From positions 53,568,001 through 53,632,000 of the forward strand of contig NC_087450.1 of NCBI RefSeq assembly GCF_036321535.1: a stretch of 64,000 nucleotides of DNA, given 5' to 3'. The stretch is from Camelus dromedarius (lineage: Eukaryota). The notes below the pieces were generated by a model, which had not been told where the DNA came from, ran no database searches, and was given only the letters and a program-made list of their open reading frames with translations. Within the stretch, counting starts at the first letter, position 1. Each line of letters begins with the position of its first letter. This document shows positions 49,610 to 62,433 of this stretch, in pieces. A program made the position numbers and the translations under genes.

Positions 49610-50589
49610 ATCCATGTTCTGTGATTTTGACAGGGACAGCCAATGCTTCTTGCCTCAAGATCAAAAGGCTCAAAGCCAAAGGCATTCCTCACTTGCCCAA
49701 TGACCTGTTATGTTTTCCTTTCTCCTCGGTCCGGGAGATTCACATCCTTCCTTTGCTTTTTTTAAATTTGTTAATAGTTTTCTTTCATTGACATGCATAC
49801 TACAAATTATCTTCAATGTTTTTTGGAAGAAGCAGAGTTTTAAGGAAAAAGTTTAAGTGTCATTTGGGCCAAAGTCAGAATTGACTCTCCAACCCCATCC
49901 TCCACCATGGAAACTATTAAATGAGTGAAAATCTGGAAATAATCTGTGGAAAACATGTATCCTTTATTTACTTGGCATCTAAATATCTTATGAGATAAAC
50001 AAGCAGAAGTCCTTATAACATAGCCACCCCCTGCTTAGGTCTATGTCATTCATTTTTCTCAGCCAAAGAATAAATGTGAGCTCCTCTTCCAAGGTTTAGA
50101 GACAATACATACAAGAGGATTTTCTAATTGATTTACTAAAGAATAGAAATAAAACCATTTACCTGTCTTCACATCAGCAAGAAGGAGAGCTCCTGAGTTA
50201 AAATAAATTCTGTTGCACAGAATCCTTGCATTCTGGTTCTGCAGCATCTCATGCTGGGTGAACTCCACCAGAAGCAGCAGCAAACGTTAACCACTGGATG
50301 CTCATACATGTATATACCAGTCAGAGTCAAAAGGAAAAAACACTGACCAGGGCGTAGGGTCACCAGAAAGCAGAAATGGGCCCTATTCTTTCACCAAACT
50401 GGCTTGGCTCTCATCGGAGCTGGAATCCCACGGAAAGGATTTACCATCCTCTGGTCTTCTAGGGCAGTTCTTCAGTGGGTCCCAAGGAGCCAGGATTGCA
50501 GACGGCTAACCTCAAGGCCCATTGATCGATCTTGTTCATCCCGAGGCCACGGAGTTCCTGCATGGCACAGAAGTGTGCTGCCCAAGGGC

Positions 50590-51595
50590 TTCTGCCACCC
50601 ACCATCCCGCTGACGTTGCCCTCACCAAGTTCACCAACTCCATATTCCCAAGCCCAGTGGGCTTTATCAGTCCTTTCCTTCCCACACTTTCCTGCTACGT
50701 TAGACACCCTGCCCATCCTCTCCTTCCTGAAGTCTCTTCTCTCATTGGCAGCGTTCCTCCTATATCTCTGGATTCCCCCTTGCAGACACCTTCAGTGCCC
50801 CTGGCTGCCATTTCTTTCTATGGCTTCAACAAGCAGCCTAGCTTCTGACCTCTCTTCAGTGCTCTCTTTTGTATCGGCAGCCTTCCAAACCCAACTGCCC
50901 ACTGAACATTTCCAACAGGTTTCTTATCTGTCAGAACTGCAAATTCAAACCTTAACTCATCCTCTTTCCCCGAAAACATCCCTCATCTCTTGTGCTCTCT
51001 CTCCTTGTGAATGACATCGCCATCCAGGAAAGCTGAGTCAGGAATCTGGGAGTCAGTCTACATCTTTCCTTTTCCACCTGCCTCCAGCCAATCGCTGAGT
51101 CATGCCAGTTCTTCTGCCGAAGTGTTTCTTCAATCTTCCCTCTCTTGTTCCCTGGCCACTGTCCCGTTTGTTCAAGCCCATGTCACCTCTCACCTGAATA
51201 GGTGCTCGTGCTCGGGTCTCCTCCCTGGCCTCTGGCCTCTACACTCTTCCCACCCAGTGGTCCCTGCACATTCTCTCACGTGATCACATAATGAAGGGCT
51301 GACCATACACGTCTTACATGACATGTACTCTTCCTTTATGATCAAGCTCAAATATCACTTTCTCAGGGAAGCCTTCCTCAATCCCTAATCAGGATTACTC
51401 CCCCATCTCTGTCTTCCCAAAGTAGCTTCGCATAAGTTTGATGCCATCACGGTACGCTCCACACTCTCCTGAATTGTTTGTTTATTTGTCTCCTGACAAG
51501 ACTCAGCTCCTTTGGCTTGGAGTCTGGTCTTCCGTTTTTATTCTTTAGTGCCTAACACAATACTTGGCCTGAGTAGTCCTCAGTAAGTCAGTACG
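50590..51595 (+). mobile_element. L2 LINE, about 1 kb 3' portion including a decayed RT-coding region
   Basis: The ORF-track peptide THHPADVALTKFTNS resembles the L2/CR1-clade RT motif HHSTETALxKVTND; the canonical L2 3' region follows. Confidence 0.85.
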
Positions 51596-52419
51596 AGGGG
51601 ACGATGGAGGCAGGGAGGGCACATGGATCCTCCACCAGCTCGGCCATTAATCCATGGTGGGTCCTGGAGCATGTCATTTTCAGTCTTTGACTGTCAGTTT
51701 ACTCGCCTGCAAAACAAGCTCTTTCATTTACTGAAGAAATGGGGTTTGGGCACCTACTTTTATGCCAAGCACAGGGCTCCGTGTGGTGCCTGTCATAAAT
51801 GCAAACAGGTCCTTTCCTCCTCTAGGACCTTGTGGTCAGAATCTTATTTTCATGGGTCTGTTCTGCAGCAGGAACAGATGGCTCACTTCTAATGCATTTG
51901 CCATAGTTCGTTCATTATTTATATGCCCCCTGCATACCTCTCTGGAGTCTTCTGAGCTCTGAGGACAGTGTGTTTCTAATCCCAGCTAGGTTTTCTTTCA
52001 CGCAGTATCGCCAGAGATAGAAAAGTGAAGAATGACACACTTTACCAACAGGCAGCTTTCCTAAAGACTCTCTATCTGGTGGAAGACGTCAGATGGCTTT
52101 GGAGTCTACAGGCACCAAGCATTGCTTATATGGATAATTTCAGCCCCAGACTCCACACTCGCCACAATTCACTGAGAAATAATTCTATCTTCCCTTGGAT
52201 GTGGTGTCTGGGTTCCATATTCTCTTTCTTCTACCCTTTTCCTCATCCCCGCCTAAAGTTGTGGTAGAAGGGAGGAAGGCAACGTTTCCATCAACAGATG
52301 TTGGAAAGGGCAACGGTCACAAAAGAAGTTAAATTTTCATCTTCCGTAGTGGGAAGCCCACAAAGTGTTCCTAAAACTGTCACAGCAAGAGCTAATCTGT
52401 CACTGGAAGAAGAGGAGGA

Positions 52420-52562
52420 AGATGATGGAGAGTCAACTAAGAGAGTTAAAGTCACCACCTCTGAGAAAAAGGAAACAGGGAGGGAGACGTGCCTTTCGTA
52501 AGAAAACTTGCAGAATGTTTCACATTACATGCTTGTGTAACTTTGATTTAAAAAAAAAAAAA
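52420..52562 (+). mobile_element. Old L1ME-type 3' terminal fragment with poly(A)
   Basis: 'gttaaagtcaccacctctg...gggagggagac...aatgtttcacattacatgcttgtgtaactttgatttaaaaaaaaaaa' resembles L1ME tails. Confidence 0.5.
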
Positions 52563-54677
52563 CCTGAAAACTGAATTAAAGAAAAATGAAAACCTCACCA
52601 AACTGAGCAATAGCCTGTGTCATGATGCCAATAACCTGAACCACTTGCCGTTGTATCTGAGGATGAAACCGTCTCACTGTTCCGTCGTCCCACTGTAATG
52701 AGCCCGCCCTCCTCTCTCTGTTCACACGCCCTCCAAGATTCCACAGCACCTACAGTGAGCGGGGTTGATCCTGAGAGACCCAGGTAACCTGCGTCTTCAG
52801 GAACACTGTGACTGCAGGTGGGACCTGGATCAGCCCAGTTCGGACCCAGCTGGAACCCTGAGCACGCCATCGCAGTGATTCCCGATGGAGTGCTCGCTAA
52901 CCTGCTCACTGGGTCAGCCCCACCTCCTCATCAGCTTCTAGGAACCCAAACAAACAAATGCCTCCCCTGTTGGAAGCAGCAAATCTCCATTTATGGGTGA
53001 AATCGGCCAGACCCCACAGCAAAGAGCAATTTCTCTCGTTACACCAACTCCCCGAGCCCTTGCCGGTGGCAGCTGCTGCTCCATTAGGAACGCATTTTCC
53101 ACGGTCTAACCCACCCTGCCGCCCCGCCGGGCTCCGGCCAGCTTCGGAGCTGCCACCGGAACAGCTGGAATGGGTCACTCAAATCCACGGACTGTGGCGC
53201 CCAGAGAAACATTAGTCCCCCAGATAGAGTGTCTCCTTCTTCCCATGTGAGCAGTAGACAGAAAGCTGCTCGGGTGATGGCGGTGGCTGCGTTGCAGTGA
53301 TTGGCACTCACACACACTCAAATTCTCCCACGTACATGCATGCCCACACAAACACACACACACACCCTGCCTCCCTGAAGCCGGAGAGTTCAGTGGGCCC
53401 CAGGTAGACCCCAACCTCTGGTCCTGATACATGCAAGAAAAAGCACTGCATTTAGCTACCATACCCATGCACCAGAGGGAAAACACACACTGAGCATGCC
53501 CTAGGTTCATGGGTCACTTTTACTTATGGGTCACTTTTACTCATGTCTAGGGCAAGGACAGAAGTGTACTTCCTTTGGCTTCGATGGAGAGATACGGAGG
53601 ACACCATCGTCTTGTTTCACAAATGCTCACCCTCTCTCTCTCTCCACTCCCACTAGAATCATTCCTGGTAACCCTGCTGCTCCTAATTGTATCACTTTTA
53701 AATTTTGGTCAAAGATAATAAATATTTGATTTGAACATCCCAGCCCTAAACGGACGGCTTGTCCTTGCCCCAGCAGACTGCCCCCCAGACTCAGCGTGCT
53801 CAGCTGCATTTTTAAAATCCCCCGGAAAGCTCCCAGGCATTGTAAGCGGGTCCTGCTGACCAGTCTGATGTTTTACAGCCAAGCTCTCCAACAATGCCAT
53901 TTACTGCACACGAAAGATCACAGCCAGCAGATGTGGGCGGCCTTGCTCTGGCCTCTTGAAATTGCGTCTGTTTTGAAATGTGACTCGACTTCAATCCGGA
54001 GCTGAACATAACATCCATGGCACGGACGGGAGGTGTTTACTAGATAAGCTTTTGATATTTGATGTTTGCTAATCATATTAAAGGCTTGAAACAAAATCCC
54101 GGCCACAATAAATCCTCACAATTGTACACACGAGGCAGGAAACGCCAAGGAGCTCTGCCTGGGGGTGTGACCAGAGGCCGGGGGGCACAGTGAGAAGAGC
54201 GTGGGGCTGGAGGTCAAGGAAACAAAGACTTAGAGACTCAGTCTAATTCTTTCTGGGACCAGCAGGGAACAAGTCGCTGCTGCCACTGAGCCTCAGTTTC
54301 CCCATCTCAGAATTAAGGCTCAGACATGCAGGGGGGCGCCTGAACCAGACAAGGAGGTGACAGCACAGTGTGTGAGTGTGTGCGTAGTCGTGTGATAATG
54401 AACCCGACCTTGCAGCAATTCCAGGCTCTCTTTCTTCAGTCCCTCCTGACGCTATGACAACCAGTGCTTTAGGGTCCACAAGAGATCAGCACACCAGAAG
54501 CAGCCTCTCCACGGCAGCGGGTGAAGCCTGCTGTTGCTGACAGGCAGGGCGGAAGGCTCAGGACCTGGACCACAGTTGTAACTCTCAGGGAGGGTCATCA
54601 CTGGATTCCTTCCCAGGAGTTGGACCCTAAGAAGGCAAACTATTCAGGTCAGAAGGTGGCTCTGGATGTCATCTCAG

Positions 54678-54678
<1 letters not shown>

Positions 54679-54712
<34 letters not shown>
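54679..54712. repeat. (CA)17 microsatellite
   Basis: Directly visible, uninterrupted. Confidence 0.97.
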
Positions 54713-54713
<1 letters not shown>

Positions 54714-55087
54714 CCATTTCCTGGGCGAACAGCTGATGCTCCCCACCGTGTTCATCACACACTAGGGCCTCCCATCTCACTGACCCCATCCCATTCCTGC
54801 CCGGCTGTCCTTAGAGATGACCTCCTGGATTCTCTCCTACTTTGATCATAATCTTGCTTTAGGCCTTAACTTACACTAAATTTAAAAGTGGATAAAACCC
54901 AAACCCCAGGGGATCAAGGAAGGACGGTCTATGGTGTCTCCTGGTCTTCTGCCCGGCCCTACTTCTCAGAACCTAGCCAGCACCTATCCTTACGTGGCCC
55001 CTTTAACCTGACCTACAGCAGTTGCTAATCATAGCATAGGATCTGACCTTCCCAAGAAAGTTTACCTTTTAAAATAGGACCATGAAG

Positions 55088-55255
55088 GGGGGAGGGTATA
55101 GCTCAAGTGGCAGAGCGCACGCTTAGCATGCTTGAGGTCCCGGGTTCAATCCTCAGTACCTCCTCTAAAAATAAATAAACCTAATTACCTGCCCCCACCA
55201 AGGTAAAATAAAATAAAATGATACAATGGTAGATAGATTGATAGATAGATAGATA
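55088..55255 (+). mobile_element. tRNA-Ala-derived camelid SINE (vic-1-like), full length
   Basis: A box 55099-55110, AGC anticodon remnant 55125-55127, B box 55143-55152, family tail 'aataaataaacctaattacc'. Perfect 12-bp TSD AGGACCATGAAG at 55076-55087 and 55256-55267. Confidence 0.95.
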
Positions 55256-56539
55256 AGGACCATGAAGCCTGCGCACCAGCGAGGCTCCGAGCATCGGAGC
55301 TGTCGTGATGGAGTGGCAGGTATTAATCAGGTTGGTCTTTCTAGACACGGCAGCCTCCCTCGTAAGTCACAAATCCTCGCCATCTAAGCCTCCAGATTAC
55401 TGGGTCATCTTGGGGGCTCCCAGGGCTTCTCAGAGCCATCTGCTCAGAAAACACGTGTCATCAACCTTTGTGAAATCCCCTTTTGGTAATACTGGGGAAG
55501 TTTTGCTTATATCCAAGGAATCTAAAACCATTCACTGAACTGGGGCCAGGCAGGTAGAAGACCAGAGCAGAAGGCGCAGACGCTCCCCTTCCCGGGAGCC
55601 CTGTCGGCCACTGTAGACGCTGGTTTTGCCTCCAGTTCTCAGACCTTGTGAAACCCTGGCAAAGGGATTGGCTTTCGGCTTTGTCTGCGGGGGAGGGGGA
55701 CCTTCTTCCTAGTGTCAGTGCAGGACGTCAGTAAAGCAATTTCCTTTGTGGGACTAATTTAGTGTTTGCTCACACAATGCGGGCTGCTTCCTAGGCCGGG
55801 TCATTAATCCAACTGGCCAATTTAAAACTGGGATCGTCACAGCAAGTGCTCACAACCAGAGACACACTTTCTCACCAACAAAGGCGGAAGCAGCAAGAGT
55901 CAGCCAAGAAGCATCGGCAGATGCCAGCTGAGTCCTTCCTCTGAGTCGGGCACTTAGCGGACAGTACCTCCCTGAAATCTCTGTGCCTCCCTCTTTGGGA
56001 TCTGCGTTGTAATTCCTTCTTTGATGGATGAAACCCAAGATCTCAGAGAGAATTAGAAGTCGAAGCAGGATATGAGCCTGAATCTGTGACCCAAAGTCTA
56101 GACACTACTGTGAGAACCCTAGGCCTCCACTGTTTCCCAAGCCATTTAAAGATGGAAGTGAAGCCATTTTAACATTTCACAAAACCCTGGGTAGACAGAC
56201 TTTCACAACTTTTTTCATGTCAGTGCTGGGTCCTGCAGGTCCTGACAGATGCCGGGGACTCACTGTTACCCCAGGCTGCCTCCGTCAGAGCCTGGAACTG
56301 ATTTCCCTGAGAAACCCTACTCTCCAGGCTGGGACCCAGCGCCCACCAACCCTCACCAACCCCCACTGTGTCAAGTGTTTCTTTGCACGGTTGTCCTCCT
56401 CCGGGCACTCTGCTGAGGCCAGAAGCTGCCGTCCCCCTAGTCATGGACCCAACCGTAATTGCCAACTTTCAGAAAAGGAGTGAGAATCATCTGGCTCATA
56501 CACTAGAGCTTTTGCTGTTTTCTTTGTTGCCACTGTTTG

Positions 56540-57050
56540 CATTTTAATTTTTAAAACGTATTAATAATGTTTCTCTTCTCTATTAGAAAAGTAAAATGAA
56601 TTTTGTAACCCCCAGCAGTCCCATCAATCAAAGAAGACTAACATGAATGCTTCTTTCTTTTTTTCTGTGCAGAATTGTGTCTGCAGCTCTATGAGACTGT
56701 GTGGTTTTTTAAATATTCGTGGCTAAAAGCACAATTACATACCCCTCAATGTCATCACATAACCATTTCACTCTGTTTTTATAGTCTTCATAAGGATGCC
56801 TTCAATAACTGTATAAAAACACATTGTGAGGATGGAACACAGTTGACCTGGTAAATCCCCTTTTGTTGGATCTCTAGGTTGTCCCCAATGTTTCTCTGGT
56901 GTAAACAATGCTGTAATGAACATACTTGTTTGTAGATTGCCTTTGGGAAGATTTCATGAAGCGGAATCACTAGGTCAAAGATTCAAAGGGGTTAAGGTCC
57001 TCAATAGATGTGTCCAAACAGCATCATAAATGTTTAAATATATTTTAAAT
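56540..57050 (-). mobile_element. Old L1ME-type LINE 3' region
   Basis: 'ccccttttgttggatctctaggttgtcccc...aaacaatgctgtaatgaacatacttgt...ggaatcactaggtcaaag' is the reverse L1ME 3' region. Confidence 0.8.
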
Positions 57051-58559
57051 GCTGACTCACAAAGTGTCAAAACAGGAAGGAAGCTTTAAAATCACCTCAG
57101 TCGATCTCTTTCCCTTCCAGAGGAGAGATGGCAGTGGGTCTCGGAGACCATGGTCGTGGTTGCTGCTCACTCCACAGAATGTCCCCCACCTCATATGGGA
57201 CTCACTTCCGGTGGCAGTGCACACTGGCCTCTGCTCAATTTTTTGCCCCATCCTCTGCCTTGGAATAACCTCACATTGTTCCCTGGCCTGTTTCTTCTTG
57301 TGGAGAAAACCACACAGACCTCAAGGCCTGCAGGTCCTCCTCTGTGGAGGTTTTCCTCCCCATCAGATGGTCATCGTCTGAACTGGGAGAGTGAAGGTCC
57401 ACTGGTGAGACACCCCCACCATGGGCCACACCCCTGATACACCACCACGCCCATTAGAGATGAGACACCTCTCCCCATGAACACCTAGCAAGTGTTCAAT
57501 CATGTTGAAAAGTTCCCTCTTTTCCTAGCCCTGGTGCAGCCCCAGCCCAGCCCTGCCCTCCCCGACAGAGCCCGCCAGCCAGGCCTGGCCACACTGAGAA
57601 GCAAGTTCCTCCTCCCCTTCCTGGCCACACTGCCACTCTGCATGGGGCACCCCAATATCCAAGTTAACTCCCAGCAGTGAGATTGGCCTAGGGAAAAGGG
57701 CAAACTTTCCAACCAGAGACCTAGCTTCGAATTTCAGCTCTAACTCTTAAAGGCAAAGAGACCCCAAGCAGCACAGGGAGTGTGGCCAAGGGGTCTAGGA
57801 AACCCCAAGTAAGTGACATGCCTCCCTGAGCACCAAGACACACCTGTGGAACACCCCGTGACTCCCTTAGAGGGTTACTGTGAAGACCACACCCTGCAGG
57901 GCACTACACTCTGTTTCCTGTCACCCAGGCACCTAACTCAGTTTACCTGCCTTACAGGGCCATCAGTCAGGGGCAGGCAACAGGGTGGGAAAGATGGAAA
58001 GAACCAGAAATGATCACCCCCTCCTCCTCCAATGGCTACAGGCTAACCGGGACATCTTTGTCAGGAAGCGATGTGTACAAAGACACGAAGCCTAACTGTG
58101 TAATTATGCTGGGATTCCTTCTAGTAATTAGCTTTTCCTTATGAGAAAGGCAAATAATTATCTTTTTGCTTCAGATCCAGACAGCACGTTCAGAGGCATC
58201 TATCCGCATATGGCAGGGGGGTGGGGGTTGAGGTGGAGGATGCCACCCGACAGAATACAGAACTATTTGAAGCCCAGAAATGTTCTCAGAAATTATCTAC
58301 ACAGACAATGCAGCATTTTGGAGGATGGTGAGGTTTCTGTGTGTTGCTAGGGCGTTTTACAAACGACAAATGTAAGTCCTGTTTGAAAGTAGCATGCATA
58401 GAGGTGGTACCCAGAGCATCAGGAGGCAACCTCTCTCCAGAGGTGGTGGTCAGAGCCAGAGCCATCACGGGACACAGTGGGAGGTTCCAGCAGAATGTGA
58501 GGTTCCACCACACATGCCCGTGCTCCCAGGGCCGTTCAGAAGCAAGGACCAGAGCCCAC

Positions 58560-59005
58560 GCTGGGCTGCCCTGGATTCCTGCTCTAATCTCCTGTTTTCA
58601 GCATCTTCCTCATTAACCCGACTTCCTTCTGACCTCAAACACGATTCTCCACCTCACCTCTTTTCCTCACCTGGCTAATTCTTTGACCTTCAAGAGTTGT
58701 TCAAGTATAAGCTAGTCTAGCAAAGTTTTGTCTTCCTTGAATACCCCCAGATAGAGTTCCCTAATACATGGGGTTTCCTTCATCACGGCACTTCCCCGGG
58801 TGGAACTGTCAGTGACCCGCATTAAAATAATGTGCCTGAGGGTGGACACCACATATATTCATTTTATATCTCCTGAACCGAACACAGTTCCAAGCACACA
58901 GTAAAGTATTCACAGAATGAATATGTGAAAATGACTGACAAAGAACAGATTATTGATTGAATATGAATGAATGAATGAATGAATTAATTAATTAATTAAT
59001 GAACA
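58560..59005 (+). mobile_element. L2 3' end with (ATGA)n/(ATTA)n tail
   Basis: 'ctaattctttgaccttcaagagttg...gaacacagttccaagcacacagtaa', tail 'atgaatgaatgaatgaattaattaattaattaatgaa'. Confidence 0.7.
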
Positions 59006-61059
59006 GGTGTGTTAATAAAAGAACCTAAGCTTACCTTTGAGCCAGTATTAAATCTGAGCTGAAAAGAAGCAGCAGATAGACTAACAACAGACTCCACCCC
59101 ACTGCCGAGGGGTCTCGAGAGGTAGATTGCTAAGGAGTTGGCACAGAGCAAAGGCAGTTGTGGTGGGCAAGCTGCCTATGGGCGAGCCCAGATTTCCTGG
59201 AGAGGCACAGAGACAAATGCCAATAAAGTGCATCCGGCTGTCTAGAGGCAGGCAGAAAAGGCTGTATTTAACTTGCTGTTTGATGCTTCAGTGTTGTTTT
59301 CTCGAAGCCGTTCATTGGAATTTGAATTGAGAGTCTTCACTTTGGAGGAAATGGATCAATTCTCCCAGGATATACAATCTTGCCTAATAAATGTATTATT
59401 GTGAATGTTTTACATCTGTCTTAATAAGCTTTCCCCTCCCTTTAAGGTCCAGCCCCTTCTCTCCTTACATAGAATTCAGGACACATAAGGGTCTACCTGT
59501 CATCATATCCCCTGATGGTCATGCCGTCCTCCCTGGGTACCTATCACCACCACCAGACTGGGAACCCGTCAAGTACAGAGATTAAGATACTTTTTCCTTT
59601 CTGCATTCCCAGTGCTAAGAGCCATTTAATACTTATCCGGAGAAGGTGCTCAATATTTGTTCATATGAGTAAGTGAGTGTATGATTTCGTTCTTCTGATG
59701 TTTCAAAAAAACTCACTCAAACCCTTCTGAAATACCTTTACCCCCTCTCAACCAAAGAATTTGATTCAGAAGCATTTGGTCCATAAGCCACATTTATTCC
59801 TGTCTAGTCTATAAAGCTCCTAAAAATATCACAAGTCACCCTACCCCCGGCTTAAAGTGTCTACACGCTACCCGATCGTTGATGCAGGCACCTGCTGGAG
59901 GCACATGACAGGAGGAGGGGTCTCACAAGGAAGGAAACATGGTGCCCCCCTTCAAGGAGCTCACAGTCATGGGGGACCCAGTGTGAGGGGAAGGGGCTGT
60001 CACTGCCTGCCTTACAGGGACGGGAAGTATTGCATTAGTGTGGGATCAGGGAGGCAAGAACATTCCGGGGTCAGCAAGCCAAGAGAGAATTCCGGGAAGT
60101 GTGCTGGAGCCAAGAGCAGGATGGGACTGTGGAAGACTAGAGGCTTTAGCGAAAGCCCCTCTCGTCCCTTCCCAGAAGGAAGAAGCCCCAGGGCCCTCAG
60201 GCTTTTGCATTCTGAGAAGAGAGGGCCCTGTGGAAGAGAAAGACTGAAATACCTCCCACAAGAACCCGCCCCACACTGGTCTCCAAGCCCCCCCATCCCG
60301 TTAGCTAAGCTCGCCCATGCTTGGGGCCCTGTCACCCGGTGGGCACACCCTCCGGGTGGTGGGGGGCAGGCCCATGATGGCAGCTGGGGAGCCAGGCTCT
60401 AGGTAGGCAAGATCAAAAGGTCTGAATAACCTCTGGGGTCACAGGGACAAAATGCTTATGGGCTGGAAGAGGATGGAGCCATTAGAGTAAGGAAATGAAC
60501 GCTGGCTTTTTCCCCGTGAGTAGGCACAATGGGAGCCGATGGGGAGGGAACAAAGCTGGCCCACTTGGGTGGGAGGCGGGTGGTGGGGAGCGGGCCCTGT
60601 CCTCTGGCCCAGGAGTTAATGTAGGCCGGGAAACAATGGGGGCGCTGACCCGGCTGCGGCTTTAGAGTGAGAACACAGCCGAGGTCAGAGCCGCCTGACC
60701 CCCAGCGAGGTTAACCAGATCAAAGCCTCCGCTGATTGCCCAGCCCACTGTGCCCCTAATGACTGTAAAATTGGAGTTTCCACCAGCACTGGCCTGGCCA
60801 CCTCTTCAGGTAGCCATAGAACAGGGGTAGGAGCCACCAAGGGGGGGGAACCCCCCCAGCCATCATCTCGCCAACTCAGTGCACTCACCCCCTTTTCCGG
60901 GACTGTTCTGCTGGGCCACCCCACCCCCCTACCCCCCTTCCCAAAGCATCCATCACCCCTCCTGACTTCCCTGTTTTGTTTTAGGCAACAAAAATAGCAC
61001 TCAGTTTTTAACTTGTTAAAATGTTGAGTTGGTAGGTAAAGAAGACCAATGACATCCAT

Positions 61060-61730
61060 CCTTTATACACTTTTGTTTTGTGAATTATAAAAGTAAAGCT
61101 CTCCAGCACAGGGAATTATATTCAATATCTTGTACTAACTATGATGAGAAAGAATATGAAAATGAATATATGTATGTATACATATGCCTGAAACATTATG
61201 CTATACACCAGAAATTGACACAAAATTGTAAACCGACTGTACTTCAATAAAAAAAGAAAAAAAAGTAAGGCTCACCCATTTTAGAAAACAGAGAAAGGCA
61301 AAAAAGAAGGTAACAACCATCCCAGAGAGAGAAGCTCTTGCTGACATCCTTGGTGTATTTCTTGCCAGGCTTCTCTCCATGCATTTGTTTTTACACAGTT
61401 AGGGTCATTTTGTGTTTATAATATCATACCCTGAATGTTTTAACAATACACCCTAAGCACATTCTCATGTGATTAAGAAGTCCCCACAAACGTGATTTTT
61501 AAAGGCTGCATCAGGTTTAAGGCAGTCATACCTAGAACAGCACAGAATGGACCACAGTGTGATTAGACACTCACCTATAGGTTGGGTCTCATGCTTTGTT
61601 GATATGAATACTTCTATGATGAACAAATCTGGCAGCAAGTTTTGTCCACATCCCTGATTATTTCTTTGCGGTAGATTCTCAGGGACACGTAATGGAATTG
61701 TCCAACCAAAGGCTATGTTTTGGAAGAAAA
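61060..61730 (-). mobile_element. Old L1ME4-like LINE 3' end (host of the young L1)
   Basis: 'aattataaaagta...ttttagaaaacagagaaagg...ccatcccagag...cttggtgtatttcttgccagg...tttgtccacatccctgattatttctttgcggtagattc'. Confidence 0.75.
61102..61260 (+). mobile_element. Very short young L1 3' end with TSD, inserted into an old L1ME
   Basis: 'agcacagggaattatattcaatatcttgta...gaaacattatgctatacaccagaaattgacac...cttcaataaaaaaagaaaa'. TSD AAAAGTAAAGCTC (61089-61101) / AAAAGTAAGGCTC (61261-61273). Confidence 0.92.
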
Positions 61731-62433
61731 TTTATTTCAGTTTTTAAAAGTGACTAAGGACCAACTCATGGTGATCACAGAGGATACAGAGACCAGTGAG
61801 TGCAATCTCTCCCCTCTGAGAGTTCACACCACACCAGTTCCCATGAAAAATGGGCCACCACTCTCATTCTGTATGGGAACAATTTAACAACAACAAAAAA
61901 AAAAATACAAAAAAAAAATGTTGAAGAGCATTTGGGGGGTGGAGGGACACTCCCATAATCCATGGACTTTCCTATAATGCAGAACTTGGGTTTTTTGCCA
62001 TCCAGGAGTCATTTTCATGGCATACTTGATCTATGACCCCACTCTCCTTGGAGTCAAGCCTATGGAAGACCAGTGATTTGAGACCATAGAGGCACCTGCC
62101 ACCCCCACTGCCAGGCTGGTCCCTGCCTCTGGGACTTTGCTCATGTCACCCCCTGCCTGGAATGCCTCTTCCCAGAAAAGTTCTTAATCAGCCAAGATTA
62201 AGACCAGATCTAATCCATCCCAGAACTCTCCTGGGCCTCCACTCACACTGCCTCCCTCCACCATCCACACTGAATTCCTTTCCTATCCACTGTCATGGCC
62301 ACAGAGGTCAACCCTTAATGAAGCATTAGAGCCTGGAGGACAGGAACTGTCTTAGTCACCTCCTGGAATTTGGCATCTGTTTGGAACTTAATAGAGGTTT
62401 GTTTAGTGAAGCAACCAAAAGACATATGCCACT

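Noticed and set aside
52298-52501. Protein-like acidic/basic peptide (SLEEEEEDDGESTKRVKV)
   Set aside because: The 3' half matches an old L1ME-type tail ending in poly(A). The acidic run comes from a purine-rich tract, and I found no parent gene or TSD to support a processed pseudogene.
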